DNA of 64,000 nt from Eledone cirrhosa (taxonomy: Eukaryota). The stretch spans positions 205,654,001 to 205,718,000 of the forward strand of contig OZ024741.1 in assembly GCA_964016885.1 (NCBI GenBank). The letters are read 5' to 3'. Shown one piece after another: positions 40,101 to 55,100 of the stretch. Below the pieces are notes generated by a model. The model was not told where the DNA came from. It saw only the letters and a program-made list of their open reading frames with translations, and made no database searches. The translations under genes and the position numbers were made by a program. Each line of letters opens with the position of its first letter. Position 1 is the first letter of the stretch.

Positions 40101-43100
40101 GTGGCGGCAGTGTTGCTGATGGTGGTAATGATGGTGGTGGTGGCATTGTTGGTGATGGTGGTAATGATGTTGGTGGTGGCAGTGTTGGTGTTGGTGATGG
40201 TGGTAATGATGGTGGTGGTGGCAGCGTTGGTGTTGGTGATGGTGGTAATGATGGTGGTGGTGGCAGTGTTGGTGTTGGTGATGGTGGTAATGATGGTGGT
40301 GGTGGCATTGTTGGTGATGGTGGTAATGATGGTGGTGGTGGCAGTGTTGGTGTTGGTGATGGTGGTAATGATGGTGGTGGTGGCAGTGTTGGTGTTGGTG
40401 GTAATGATGGGGGTGGTGGAAGTGTTGGTGATGGTGGTGATGATGGTGGTGGTGGCAGTGTTGGTGATGGTGGTGATGATGGTGGTGGTGGCAGTGTTGG
40501 TGATGGTGGTAATGATGGTGGTGGTGGCAGTGTTGGTGTTGATGGTAATGATGGTGGTGGTGGCAGTGTTAGTGTTGATGGTAATGATGGTGGTGCTGGC
40601 AGTGTTGGAGATGTTGGTGCTGGTGGCAGTGTTGGTGATGGTAGTAATGGTGGTGGTGGTGCTAGTGTTGGTGGTGGTGATGGTGGTAATGATGGTGGTG
40701 GTGGCAGTGTTGGTGATAGTGGTAATGATGGTGGTGGTGGCAGTGTTGGTGATGGTGGTAATGATGGTGGTGGTGGCAGTGTTGGTGTTCGTGATGGTGG
40801 TAATGATGGTTGTGGTGGCAGTGTTGGTGATGGTGATAATGATGGCGGTGGTGGCAGTGTTGGTGATGGTGATAATGATGGCGGTGGTGGCAGTGTTGGT
40901 GATGGTGGTGATGATGGTGGTGGTGGCAGTGTTGGTGATGGTTGTAATAATGGTGATGGTGGCAGTGTTGGTGATGGTGGTGATGATGGTGGTGGCGGCA
41001 GTGTTTGTGATGGTGGTAATGATGGTGGTTGTGGCAGTGTTGGTGTTGGTGATGGTGGTAATGATGGTGGTGGTGGCAGTGTTGGTGATCGTGGTAATGA
41101 TGGTGGTGGTGGCAGTGTTGGTGATGGTGGTAATGATGGTGGTGGTGGCAGTGTTGATGTTGGTGTTGGTGCTAATGATGGTGGTGGTGGCAGTGTTGGT
41201 GATGGTGGTAATGATGGTGGTGGCAGTGTTGGTGATGGTGGTAATGATGGTGGTGGCAGTGTTGGTGATGGTGGTAATGATGGTGGTAGTGGCAGTGTTG
41301 GTGTTGATGTTAATGATGGTGGTGGCGGCAGTGTTGGTGATGGTGGTATTGATGGTGGTGGTGGCAGTGTTGGTGTTGGTGATGGTGGTAATGATGGTGG
41401 TGGTGGCAGTGTTGGTGATCGTGGTAATGATGGTGGTGGTGGCAGTGTTGGTGATGGTGGTAATGATGGTGGTGGTGGAAGTGTTGGTGATGGTAGTAAT
41501 GATGGTGGTGGTGGCAGTGTTGGTGATGGTGGTAATGATGGTGGTGGCAGTGTTGGTGATGGTGGTAATGATGGTGGTAGTGGCAGTGTTGGTGTTGGTG
41601 GTAATGATGGTGGTGGCGGCAGTGTTGCTGATGGTGGTAATGATGGTGGTGGTGGCAGTGTTGGTGTTGGTGGTAATGATGGTGGTGGTGGCAGTGTTGG
41701 TGTTGGTGGTAATGATGGTGGTGGTGGCAGTGTTGGTGTTGGTGGTAATGATGGTGGTGGTGGTGGCAGTGTTAGTGTTGATGGTAATGATGGTGGTGGT
41801 GGCAGTGTTGGTGATGGTAGTAATGATGGTGGTGGTGGTAGTGTTGGTGGTGGTGATGGTGGTAATGATGGTGGTGGTGGCAGTGTTGGTGTTGGTGGTA
41901 ATGATGGTGGTGGTGGTAGTGTTGGTGTTTTTGGTAATGATGGTGGTGGTGGCAGTGTTGGTGTTGGTGGTAATGATGGTGGTTGTGGCAGTGTTGGTGA
42001 TGGTGATGGTGGTAATGATGGTGGTGGTGGTTTTGGCAGTGCTGGTGATTGTGGTAATGATGGTGGTTGTGGCAGTGTTGGTGATGGTGATGGTGGTAAT
42101 GATGGTGGTGGTGGCAGTGTTGGTGATGGTGGTAATGATGGTGGTGGTGGCAGTGTTGGTGATGGTGATGGTGGTAATGATGGTGGTTGTGCCAGTGTTG
42201 GTGATGGTGATGGTGGTAATGATGGTGGTGGTGGCAGTGTTGGTGATGGTGGTAACAATGGTGGTGGTGGCAGTGTTGGTGTTGGTGGTAATGATGGTGG
42301 TTGTGGCAGTGTTGGTGTTGGTGATGGTGGTAATGATGGTGGTGGCAGTGTTGGTGATGGTGGTAACAATGGTGGTGGTGGCAGTGTTGGTGATGGTGGT
42401 AATGATGGTGGGGGTGGCAGTGCTGGTGTTGGTGATGGTGGTAATGATGGAGGTGGTGGCAGTGTTGGTGATGGTGGTAATAATGGTGGTGGTGGAAGTG
42501 CTGGTGTTGGTGATGGTGGTAATGATGGTGGTGGTGGCAGTGTTGGTGATGGTGGTAATGATGGTGGTTGTGGCAGTGTTGGTGATGGTGGTAATGATGG
42601 TGGTGGTGGCAGTGTTGGTGTTGGTGATGGTGGTAATGATGGTGGTGGTGGCATTGTTGGTGATGGTGGTAATGATGTTGGTGGTGGCAGTGTTGGTGTT
42701 GGTGATGGTGGTAATGATGGTGGTGGTGGCAGCGTTGGTGTTGGTGATGGTGGTAATGATGGTGGTGGTGGCAGTGTTGGTGTTGGTGATGGTGGTAATG
42801 ATGGTGGTGGTGGCATTGTTGGTGATGGTGGTAATGATGGTGGTGGTGGCAGTGTTGGTGTTGGTGATGGTGGTAATGATGGTGGTGGTGGCAGTGTTGG
42901 TGTTGGTGGTAATGATGGTGGTGGTGGAAGTGTTGGTGATGGTGGTGATGATGGTGGTGGTGGCAGTGTTGGTGATGGTGGTGATGATGGTGGTGGTGGC
43001 AGTGTTGGTGATGGTGGTAATGATGGTGGTGGTGGCAGTGTTGGTGTTGTTGGTAATGATGGTGGTGGTGGCAGTGTTAGTGTTGATGGTAATGATGGTG

Positions 43101-46100
43101 GTGCTGGCAGTGTTGGAGATGTTGGTGCTGGTGGCAGTGTTGGTGATGGTAGTAATGGTGGTGGTGGTGCTAGTGTTGGTGGTGGTGATGGTGGTAATGA
43201 TGGTGGTGGTGGCAGTGTTGGTGATGGTGGTAATGATGGTGGTGGTGGCAGTGTTGGTGATGGTGGTAATGATGGTGGTCGTGGCAGTGTTGGTGTTCGT
43301 GATGGTGGTAATGATGGTTGTGGTGGCAGTGTTGGTGATGGTGATAATGATGGCGGTGGTGGCAGTGTTGGTGATGGTGGTGATGATGGTGGTGGTGGCA
43401 GTGTTGGTGATGGTTGTAATAATGGTGATGGTGGCAGTGTTGGTGATGGTGGTGATGATGGTGGTGGTGGCAGTGTTGGTGATGGTGGTAATGATGGTGG
43501 TGGTGGTAGTGTTGGTGGTGGTGATGGTGGTAATGATGGTGGTGGTGGCAGTGTTGGTGATGGTGGTAATGATGGTGGTGGTGCCAGTGTTGGCGATGGT
43601 GGTAATGATGGTGGTGGTGGCAGTGTTGGTGTTGATGGTAATGATGGTAGTGGTGGTAGTGTTGGTGGTGGTGATGGTGGTAATGATGGTGGTGGCGGTA
43701 GTGTTGGTGTTGGTGATGGTGGTTATTATGGTGGTGGTGGCAGTGTTGGTGATGGTGGTAATGATGGTGGTGGTGGCAGTGTTGGTGTTGGTGATGGTGG
43801 TAATGATGGTGGTGGTGGCATTGTTGGTGATGGTGGTAATGATGTTGGTGGTGGCAGTGTTGGTGTTGGTGATGGTGGTAATGATGGTGGTGGTGGCAGC
43901 GTTGGTGTTGGTGATGGTGGTAATGATGGTGGTGGTGGCAGTGTTGGTGTTGGTGATGGTGGTAATGATGGTGGTGGTGGCATTGTTGGTGATGGTGGTA
44001 ATGATGGTGGTGGTGGCAGTGTTGGTGTTGGTGATGGTGGTAATGATGGTGGTGGTGGCAGTGTTGGTGTTGGTGGTAATGATGGGGGTGGTGGAAGTGT
44101 TGGTGATGGTGGTGATGATGGTGGTGGTGGCAGTGTTGGTGATGGTGGTGATGATGGTGGTGGTGGCAGTGTTGGTGATGGTGGTAATGATGGTGGTGGT
44201 GGCAGTGTTGGTGTTGATGGTAATGATGGTGGTGGTGGCAGTGTTAGTGTTGATGGTAATGATGGTGGTGCTGGCAGTGTTGGAGATGTTGGTGCTGGTG
44301 GCAGTGTTGGTGATGGTAGTAATGGTGGTGGTGGTGCTAGTGTTGGTGGTGGTGATGGTGGTAATGATGGTGGTGGTGGCAGTGTTGGTGATGGTGGTAA
44401 TGATGGTGGTGGTGGCAGTGTTGGTGATGGTGGTAATGATGGTGGTGGTGGCAGTGTTGGTGTTCGTGATGGTGGTAATGATGGTTGTGGTGGCAGTGTT
44501 GGTGATGGTGATAATGATGGCGGTGGTGGCAGTGTTGGTGATGGTGATAATGATGGCGGTGGTGGCAGTGTTGGTGATGGTGGTGATGATGGTGGTGGTG
44601 GCAGTGTTGGTGATGGTTGTAATAATGGTGATGGTGGCAGTGTTGGTGATGGTGGTGATGATGGTGGTGGCGGCAGTGTTTGTGATGGTGGTAATGATGG
44701 TGGTTGTGGCAGTGTTGGTGTTGGTGATGGTGGTAATGATGGTGGTGGTGGCAGTGTTGGTGATCGTGGTAATGATGGTGGTGGTGGCAGTGTTGGTGAT
44801 GGTGGTAATGATGGTGGTGGTGGCAGTGTTGATGTTGGTGTTGGTGCTAATGATGGTGGTGGTGGCAGTGTTGGTGATGGTGGTAATGATGGTGGTGGCA
44901 GTGTTGGTGATGGTGGTAATGATGGTGGTGGCAGTGTTGGTGATGGTGGTAATGATGGTGGTAGTGGCAGTGTTGGTGTTGATGTTAATGATGGTGGTGG
45001 CGGCAGTGTTGGTGATGGTGGTATTGATGGTGGTGGTGGCAGTGTTGGTGTTGGTGATGGTGGTAATGATGGTGGTGGTGGCAGTGTTGGTGATCGTGGT
45101 AATGATGGTGGTGGTGGCAGTGTTGGTGATGGTGGTAATGATGGTGGTGGTGGAAGTGTTGGTGATGGTAGTAATGATGGTGGTGGTGGCAGTGTTGGTG
45201 ATGGTGGTAATGATGGTGGTGGCAGTGTTGGTGATGGTGGTAATGATGGTGGTAGTGGCAGTGTTGGTGTTGGTGGTAATGATGGTGGTGGCGGCAGTGT
45301 TGCTGATGGTGGTAATGATGGTGGTGGTGGCAGTGTTGGTGTTGGTGGTAATGATGGTGGTGGTGGCAGTGTTGGTGTTGGTGGTAATGATGGTGGTGGT
45401 GGCAGTGTTGGTGTTGGTGGTAATGATGGTGGTGGTGGCAGTGTTGGTGTTGGTGGTAATGATGGTGGTGGTGGTGGCAGTGTTAGTGTTGATGGTAATG
45501 ATGGTGGTGGTGGCAGTGTTGGTGATGGTAGTAATGATGGTGGTGGTGGTAGTGTTGGTGGTGGTGATGGTGGTAATGATGGTGGTGGTGGCAGTGTTGG
45601 TGTTGGTGGTAATGATGGTGGTGGTGGTAGTGTTGGTGTTTTTGGTAATGATGGTGGTGGTGGCAGTGTTGGTGTTGGTGGTAATGATGGTGGTTGTGGC
45701 AGTGTTGGTGATGGTGATGGTGGTAATGAAGGTGGTGGTGGTTTTGGCAGTGCTGGTGATTGTGGTAATGATGGTGGTTGTGGCAGTGTTGGTGATGGTG
45801 ATGGTGGTAATGATGGTGGTGGTGGCAGTGTTGGTGATGGTGGTAATGATGGTGGTGGTGGCAGTGTTGGTGATGGTGATGGTGGTAATGATGGTGGTTG
45901 TGCCAGTGTTGGTGATGGTGATGGTGGTAATGATGGTGGTGGTGGCAGTGTTGGTGATGGTGGTAACAATGGTGGTGGTGGCAGTGTTGGTGTTGGTGGT
46001 AATGATGGTGGTTGTGGCAGTGTTGGTGTTGGTGATGGTGGTAATGATGGTGGTGGCAGTGTTGGTGATGGTGGTAACAATGGTGGTGGTGGCAGTGTTG

Positions 46101-49100
46101 GTGATGGTGGTAATGATGGTGGGGGTGGCAGTGCTGGTGTTGGTGATGGTGGTAATGATGGAGGTGGTGGCAGTGTTGGTGATGGTGGTAATAATGGTGG
46201 TGGTGGAAGTGCTGGTGTTGGTGATGGTGGTAATGATGGTGGTGGTGGCAGTGTTGGTGATGGTGGTAATGATGGTGGTGGTGGCAGTGTTGGTGATGGT
46301 GGTAATGATGGTGGTGGTGGCAGTGTTGGTGTTGGTGATGGTGGTAATGATGGTGTGGTGGCATTGTTGGTGATGGTGGTAATGATGTTGGTGGTGGCAG
46401 TGTTGGTGTTGGTGATGGTGGTAATGATGGTGGTGGTGGCAGCGTTGGTGTTGGTGATGGTGGTAATGATGGTGGTGGTGGCAGTGTTGGTGTTGGTGAT
46501 GGTGGTAATGATGGTGGTGGTGGCATTGTTGGTGATGGTGGTAATGATGGTGGTGGTGGCAGTGTTGGTGTTGGTGATGGTGGTAATGATGGTGGTGGTG
46601 GCAGTGTTGGTGTTGGTGGTAATGATGGTGGTGGTGGAAGTGTTGGTGATGGTGGTGATGATGGTGGTGGTGGCAGTGTTGGTGATGGTGGTGATGATGG
46701 TGGTGGTGGCAGTGTTGGTGATGGTGGTAATGATGGTGGTGGTGGCAGTGTTGGTGTTGTTGGTAATGATGGTGGTGGTGGCAGTGTTAGTGTTGATGGT
46801 AATGATGGTGGTGCTGGCAGTGTTGGAGATGTTGGTGCTGGTGGCAGTGTTGGTGATGGTAGTAATGGTGGTGGTGGTGCTAGTGTTGGTGGTGGTGATG
46901 GTGGTAATGATGGTGGTGGTGGCAGTGTTGGTGATGGTGGTAATGATGGTGGTGGTGGCAGTGTTGGTGATGGTGGTAATGATGGTGGTCGTGGCAGTGT
47001 TGGTGTTCGTGATGGTGGTAATGATGGTTGTGGTGGCAGTGTTGGTGATGGTGATAATGATGGCGGTGGTGGCAGTGTTGGTGATGGTGGTGATGATGGT
47101 GGTGGTGGCAGTGTTGGTGATGGTTGTAATAATGGTGATGGTGGCAGTGTTGGTGATGGTGGTGATGATGGTGGTGGTGGCAGTGTTGGTGATGGTGGTA
47201 ATGATGGTGGTGGTGGTAGTGTTGGTGGTGGTGATGGTGGTAATGATGGTGGTGGTGGCAGTGTTGGTGATGGTGGTAATGATGGTGGTGGTGCCAGTGT
47301 TGGCGATGGTGGTAATGATGGTGGTGGTGGCAGTGTTGGTGTTGATGGTAATGATGGTAGTGGTGGTAGTGTTGGTGGTGGTGATGGTGGTAATGATGGT
47401 GGTGGCGGTAGTGTTGGTGTTGGTGATGGTGGTTATTATGGTGGTGGTGGCAGTGTTGGTGATGGTGGTAATGATGGTGGTGGTGGCAGTGTTGGTGTTG
47501 GTGATGGTGGTAATGATGGTGGTGGTGGCAGTGGTGGTGTTGGTGATGGTGGTAATGATGTTGGTGGTGGCAGTGGTGGTGTTGGTGATGGTGGTAATAA
47601 TAGTGGTCGTGGCAGTGTTGGTGTTGGTGGTAATGATGGTGGTGGTGGCAGTGTTGGTGTTGGTGGTAATGATGGTGGTTGTGGCAGTTGTGGTGTTGGT
47701 GGTAATGATGGTGGTGGTGGCAGTGGTGGTGTTGGTGGTAATGATGGTGGTGGTGGCAGTGGTGGTGTTGGTGATGGTGGTAATGATGGTGGTGGTGGCA
47801 GTGTTGGTGTTGGTGATGGTGGTAATGATGGTGGTGGTGGCAGTGGTGGTGTTGGTGATGGTGGTAATGATGGTGGTGGTGGCAGTGTTGGTGTTGGTGA
47901 TGGTGGTAATAATGGTGGTCGCGGCAGTGTTGGTGATGGTGGTAATGATGGTGGTGGTGGCAGTGGTGGTGTTGGTGATGGTGGTAATGATGGTGGTGGT
48001 GGCAGTGTTGGTGTTGGTGATGGTGGTAATAATGGTGGTCGTGGCAGTGTTGGTGTTGGTGGTAATGATGGTGGTGGTGGCAGTGTTGATGATGGTGGTA
48101 ATGATGGTGGTGGTGTTGGTACTGGTGTTGGTGATGGTGGTAATGATAGTGGTCGTGGCAGTGTCGGTGATGGTGGTGATGATGGTGGTGGTGGCAGTGT
48201 TGGTGATGGTGGTAATGATGGCGGTGGTGGCAGTGTTGGTGTTGATGGTAATGATGGTGGTGGTGGCAGTGTTAGTGTTGATGGTAATGATGGTGGTGGT
48301 GGCAATGTGGGAGATGATGGTGCTGGTGGCAGTGTTGGTGATGGTAGTAATGATGGTGGTGGTGGTGGTAGTGTTGGTGGTGGTGATGGTGGTAATGATG
48401 GTTGTGGTGGCAGTGTTGGTGATGGTAGTAATGATGATGGTGGTGGTAGTGTTGGTGTTGGTGATGGTGGTAATGATGGTTGTGGTGGCAGTGTTGGTGA
48501 TGGTAGTAATGATGGTGGTGGTGGTAGTGTTGGTGGTGGTGATGGTGGTAATGATGGTGGTGGTGGCAGTGTTGGTGTTGGTGGTAATGATGGTGGTGAT
48601 GGCAGTGTTGGTGATGGTGGTAATGATGGTGGTGGTGGCAGCGTTGGTGTTCGTGATGGTGGTAATGATGGTAGTGGTGGCAGTATTGGTGATGGTGGTA
48701 ATGATGGTGGTGGTGGCAGTGTTGGTGTTGGTGGTAATGATGGTGGTGGTGACAGTGTTGGTGTTTTTGGTAATGATGGTGGTGGTGGCAGTGTTGGTGT
48801 TGGTGGTAATGATGGTGGTGGTGGCAGTGCTGGTGATGGTGGTAATGATGGTGGGGGTGGCAGTGCTGGTGTTGGTGATGGTTGTAATGATGGTGGTGGT
48901 GGCAGTGTTGGTGTTGGTGATGGTGGTAATGATGGTGGTGGTGGCAGTGTTGGTGTTGGTGATGGTGGTAATGATGGTAGTGGTGGCAGTATTGGTGATG
49001 GTGGTAATGATGGTGGTGGTGGCAGTGTTGGTGTTGGTGGTAATGATGGTGGTGGTGGCAGTGTTGGTGTTGGTGGTAATGATGGTGGTGGTGGCAGTGT

Positions 49101-52100
49101 TGATGATGGTGGTAATGATGGTGGTGGTGGCAGTGTTGGTGATGGTGGTAATAATGGTGGTGGTGGAAGTGTTGGTGATGGTGGTGATGATGGTGGTGGT
49201 GGCAGTGTTGGTGATGGTGGTGATGATGGTGGTGGTGGCAGTGTTGGTGATGGTGGTAATGATGGTGGTGGTGGCAGTGTTGGTGTTGATGGTAATGATG
49301 GTGGTGGTGGCAGTGTTAGTGTTGATGGTAATGATGGTGGTGCTGGCAGTGTTGGAGATGTTGGTGCTGGTGGCAGTGTTGGTGATGGTAGTAATGGTGG
49401 TGGTGGTGCTAGTGTTGGTGGTGGTGATGGTGGTAATGATGGTGGTGGTGGCAGTGTTGGTGATGGTGGTAATGATGGTGGTGGTGGCAGTGTTGGTGAT
49501 GGTGGTAATGATGGTGGTGGTGGCAGTGTTGGTGTTCGTGATGGTGGTAATGATGGTTGTGGTGGCAGTGTTGGTGATGGTGATAATGATGGCGGTGGTG
49601 GCAGTGTTGGTGATGGTGGTGATGATGGTGGTGGTGGCAGTGTTGGTGATGGTTGTAATAATGGTGATGGTGGCAGTGTTGGTGATGGTGGTGATGATGG
49701 TGGTGGTGGCAGTGTTGGTGATGGTGCTAATGATGGTGGTGGTGGTAGTGTTGGTGGTGGTGATGGTGGTAATGATGGTGGTGGTGGCAGTGTTGGTGAT
49801 GGTGGTAATGATGGTGGTGGTGCCAGTGTTGGCGATGGTGGTAATGATGGTGGTGGTGGCAGTGTTGGTGTTGATGGTAATGATGGTAGTGGTGGTAGTG
49901 TTGGTGGTGGTGATGGTGGTAATGATGGTGGTGGCGGTAGTGTTGGTGTTGGTGATGGTGGTTATTATGGTGGTGGTGGCAGTGTTGGTGATGGTGGTAA
50001 TGATGGTGGTGGTGGCAGTGTTGGTGTTGGTGATGGTGGTAATGATGGTGGTGGTGGCAGTGGTGGTGTTGGTGATGGTGGTAATGATGTTGGTGGTGGC
50101 AGTGGTGGTGTTGGTGATGGTGGTAATAATAGTGGTCGTGGCAGTGTTGGTGTTGGTGGTAATGATGGTGGTGGTGGCAGTGTTGGTGTTGGTGGTAATG
50201 ATGGTGGTTGTGGCAGTTGTGGTGTTGGTGGTAATGATGGTGGTGGTGGCAGTGGTGGTGTTGGTGATGGTGGTAATGATGGTGGTGGTGGCAGTGTTGG
50301 TGTTGGTGATGGTGGTAATGATGGTGGTGGTGGCAGTGGTGGTGTTGGTGATGGTGGTAATGATGGTGGTGGAGGCAGTGTTGGTGTTGGTGATGGTGGT
50401 AATAATGGTGGTCGTGGCAGTGTTGGTGATGGTGGTAATGATGGTGGTGGTGGTGGCAGTGGTGGTGTTGGTTATGGTGGTAATGATGGTGGTGGTGGCA
50501 GTGTTGGTGTTGGTGATGGTGGTAATAATGGTGGTCGTGGCAGTGTTGGTGTTGGTGGTAATGATGGTGGTGGTGGCAGTGTTGATGATGGTGGTAATGA
50601 TGGTGGTGGTGTTGGTACTGGTGTTGGTGATGGTGGTAATGATAGTGGTCGTGGCAGTGTTGGTGATGGTGGTGATGATGGTGGTGGTGGCAGTGTTGGT
50701 GATGGTGGTAATGATGGCGGTGGTGGCAGTGTTGGTGTTGATGGTAATGATGGTGGTGGTGGCAGTGTTAGTATTGATGGTAATGATGGTGGTGGTGGCA
50801 ATGTGGGAGATGATGGTGCTGGTGGCAGTGTTGGTGATGGTAGTAATGATGGTGGTGGTGGTGGTAGTGTTGGTGGTGGTGATGGTGGTAATGATGGTTG
50901 TGGTGGCAGTGTTGGTGATGGTAGTAATGATGGTGGTGGTGGTAGTGTTGGTGTTCGTGATGGTGGTAATGATGGTTGTGGTGGCAGTGTTGGTGATGGT
51001 AGTAATGATGGTGGTGGTGGTAGTGTTGGTGGTGGTGATGGTGGTAATGATGGTGGTGGTGGCAGTGTTGGTGTTGGTGGTAATGATGGTGGTGATGGCA
51101 GTGTTGGTGATGTTGGTAATGATGGTGGTGGTGGCAGCGTTGGTGTTCGTGATGGTGGTAATGATGGTAGTGGTGGCAGTATTGGTGATGGTGGTAATGA
51201 TGGTGGTGGTGGCAGTGTTGGTGTTGGTGGTAATGATGGTGGTGGTGACAGTGTTGGTGTTTTTCGTAATGATGGTGGTGGTGGCAGTGTTGGTGTTGGT
51301 GGTAATGATGGTGGTGGTGGTGGTGGCAGTGCTGGTGATGGTGGTAATGATGGTGGGGGTGGCAGTGCTGGTGTTGGTGATGGTGGTAATGATGGTGGTG
51401 GTGGCAGTGTTGGTGTTGGTGATGGTGGTAATGATGGTGGTGGTGGCAGTGTTGGTGTTGGTGATGGTGGTAATGATGGTAGTGGTGGCAGTATTGGTGA
51501 TGGTGGTAATGATGGTGGTGGTGGCAGTGTTGGTGTTGGTGGTAATGATGGTGGTGGTGGCAGTGTTGGTGTTGGTGGTAATGATGGTGGTGGTGGCAGT
51601 GTTGATGATGGTGGTAATGATGGTGGTGGCGGCAGTGTTGGTGATGGTGGTAATAATGGTGGTGGTGGCAGTGTTGGTGATGGTGGTAATGATGGTGGTG
51701 GTGTTGGTGCTGGTGTTGGTGATGGTGGTAATGATGGTGGTGGTGGCAGTGTTGGTGATGGTGGTAATGATGGTTGTGGTGGCAGTGTTGGTGATGGTAG
51801 TAATGATGGTGGTGGTAGTAGTGTTGGTGTTGGTGGTGGTGATAATGATGGTGGCAGTGTTGGTGTTGGTGGTAATGATGGTGGTGGTGGCAGTGTTGGT
51901 GATCGAGGTAATGATGGTGGTGGTGGCAGTGTTGGTGTTGATGGTAATGATGGTGGTGGTGGCAGTGTTGGTGATGGTGGTAATGATGGTGGTGGTGGCA
52001 GTGTTGTTGTTGGTGATGGTGGTAATGATGGTGGTGTTGGCAGTGTTGGTGATGGTGTTAATGATGGTGGTGGTGGCAGTGTTGGTGATGGTGGTAATGA

Positions 52101-55100
52101 TGGTGGTGGTGGCAGTGTTGGTGATGGTGGTAATGATGGTGGTGGTGGCAGTGTTGGTGATGGTGGTAATGATGGTGGTGGTGGCAGTGTTGGTGATGGT
52201 GGTAATGATGGTGATGGTGGCAGTGTTGATGTTGGTGATGGTGCTAATGATGGTGGTGGTGGCAGTGATGGTGATGGTGGTATGGTGGTGGTGGTGGTAG
52301 TGTTGATGTTGGTGATGGTGGTAATGATGTTGGTGGTGTCAGTGCTGGTGTGGGTGATGGTGGTAATGATGGTGGTGGTGGCAGTGTTGGTGTTGGTGAT
52401 GGTGGTAATGATGGTGGTGGTGGCAGTGGTGGTGTTGGTGATGGTGGTAATGATGTTGGTGGTGGCAGTGGTGGTGTTGGTGATGGTGGTAATGATGGTG
52501 GTGGTGGCAGTGTTGGTGTTGGTGATGGTGGTGATGATGGTGGTGGTGGCAGTGTTGGTGATGGTGGTAATAATAGTGGTCGTGGCAGTGTTGGTGTTGG
52601 TGGTAATGATGGTGGTGGTGGCAGTGTTGGTGTTGGTGGTAATGATGGTGGTTGTGGCAGTTGTGGTGTTGGTGGTAAAGATGGTGGTGGTGGCAGTGGT
52701 GGTGTTGGTGATAGTGGTAATGATGGTGGTGGTGGCAGTGTTGGTGTTGGTGATGGTGGTAATGATGGTGGTGGTGGCAGTGGTGGTGTTGGTGATGGTG
52801 GTAATGATGGTGGTGGTGGCAGTGTTGGTGTTGGTGATGGTGGTAATAATGGTGGTCGTGGCAGTGTTGGTGATGGTGGTAATGATGGTGGTGGTGGTGG
52901 CAGTGGTGGTGTTGGTTATGGTGGTAATGATGGTGGTGGTGGCAGTGTTGGTGTTGGTGATGGTGGTAATAATGGTGGTCGTGGCAGTGTTGGTGTTAGT
53001 GGTAATGATGGTGGTGGTGGCAGTGTTGATGATGGTGGTAATGATGGTGGTGGTGTTGGTACTGGTGTTGGTGATGGTGGTAATGATAGTGGTCGTGGCA
53101 GTGTTGGTGATGGTGGTGATGATGGTGGTGGTGGCAGTGTTGGTGATGGTGGTAATGATGGCGGTGGTGGCAGTGTTGGTGTTGATGGTAATGATGGTGG
53201 TGGTGGCAGTGTTAGTATTGATGGTAATGATGGTGGTGGTGGCAATGTGGGAGATGATGGTGCTGGTGGCAGTGTTGGTGATGGTAGTAATGATGGTGGT
53301 GGTGGTGGTAGTGTTGGTGGTGGTGATGGTGGTAATGATGGTTGTGGTGGCAGTGTTGGTGATGGTAGTAATGATGGTGGTGGTGGTAGTGTTGGTGTTC
53401 GTGATGGTGGTAATGATGGTTGTGGTGGCAGTGTTGGTGATGGTAGTAATGATGGTGGTGGTGGTAGTGTTGGTGGTGGTGATGGTGGTAATGATGGTGG
53501 TGGTGGCAGTGTTGGTGTTGGTGGTAATGATGGTGGTGATGGCAGTGTTGGTGATGGTGGTAATGATGGTGGTGGTGGCAGCGTTGGTGTTCGTGATGGT
53601 GGTAATGATGGTAGTGGTGGCAGTATTGGTGATGGTGGTAATGATGGTGGTGGTGGCAGTGTTGGTGTTGGTGGTAATGATGGTGGTGGTGGCAGTGTTG
53701 GTGTTGGTGGTAATGATGGTGGTGGTGGCAGTGTTGATGATGGTGGTAATGATGGTGGTGGTGGCAGTGTTGGTGATGGTGGTAATAATGGTGGTGGTGG
53801 CAGTGTTGGTGATGGTGGTAATGATGGTGGTGGTGTTGGTGCTGGTGTTGGTGATGGTGGTAATGATAGTGGTCGTGGCAGTGTTGGTGATGGTGGTGAT
53901 GATGGTGGTGGTGGCAGTGTTGGTGATGGTGGTAATGATGGTGTTGGTGGCAGTGTTGGTGATGGTGATGATGATGGTGGTGGTGGCAGTGTTGGAGATG
54001 ATGGTGCTGGTGGCAGTGTTGGTGATGGTAGTAATGGTGGTGGTGGTGGCAGTGTTGGTGATGGTAGTAATGGTGGTGGTGGTGGTAGTGTTGGTGGTGG
54101 TGATGGTGGTAATGATAGTGGTGGTGGCAGTGTTGGTGATGGTGGTAATGATGGCGGTGGTGGCAGTGTTGGTGTTCGTGATGGTGGTAATGATGGTTGT
54201 GGTGGCAGTGTTGGTGATGGTAGTAATGATGGTGGTGGTAGTAGTGTTGGTGTTGGTGGTGGTGATAATGATGGTGGCAGTGTTGGTGTTGGTGGTAATG
54301 ATGGTGGTGGTGGCAGTGTTGGTGATCGAGGTAATGATGGTGGTGGTGGCAGTGTTGGTGTTGATGGTAATGATGGTGGTGGTGGCAGTGTTGGTGATGG
54401 TGGTAATGATGGTGGTGGTGGCAGTGTTGTTGTTGGTGATGGTGGTAATGATGGTGGTGTTGGCAGTGTTGGTGATGGTGTTAATGATGGTGGTGGTGGC
54501 AGTGTTGGTGATGGTGGTAATGATGGTGGTGGTGGCAGTGTTGGTGATGGTGGTAATGATGGTGGTGGTGGCAGTGTTGGTGATGGTGGTAATGATGGTG
54601 GTGGTGGCAGTGTTGGTGATGGTGGTAATGATGGTGATGGTGGCAGTGTTGATGTTGGTGATGGTGCTAATGATGGTGGTGGTGGCAGTGATGGTGATGG
54701 TGGTATGGTGGTGGTGGTGGTGGTAGTGTTGATGTTGGTGATGGTGGTAATGATGTTGGTGGTGTCAGTGCTGGTGTGGGTGATGGTGGTAATGATGGTG
54801 GTGGTGGCAGTGTTGGTGATGGTGGTAATGGTGGTGGTGGCGGCAGTGTTGGTGTTGGTGATGGTGGTAATGATGGTGGTGGTGGCAGTGTTGGTGTTGG
54901 TGGTAATGATCGTGGTGGTGGCAGTGTTGGTGATGGTGGTGATGATGGTGGTGGTGGCAATGTTGGTGATGGTGGTGATGATGGTGGTGGTGGCAGTGTT
55001 GGTGATGGTGGTAATGATGGTGGTGGTGGCAGTGTTGGTGTTGATGGTAATGATGGTGGTGGTGGTAGTGTTGGTGGTGGTGATGGTGGTAATGATGGTG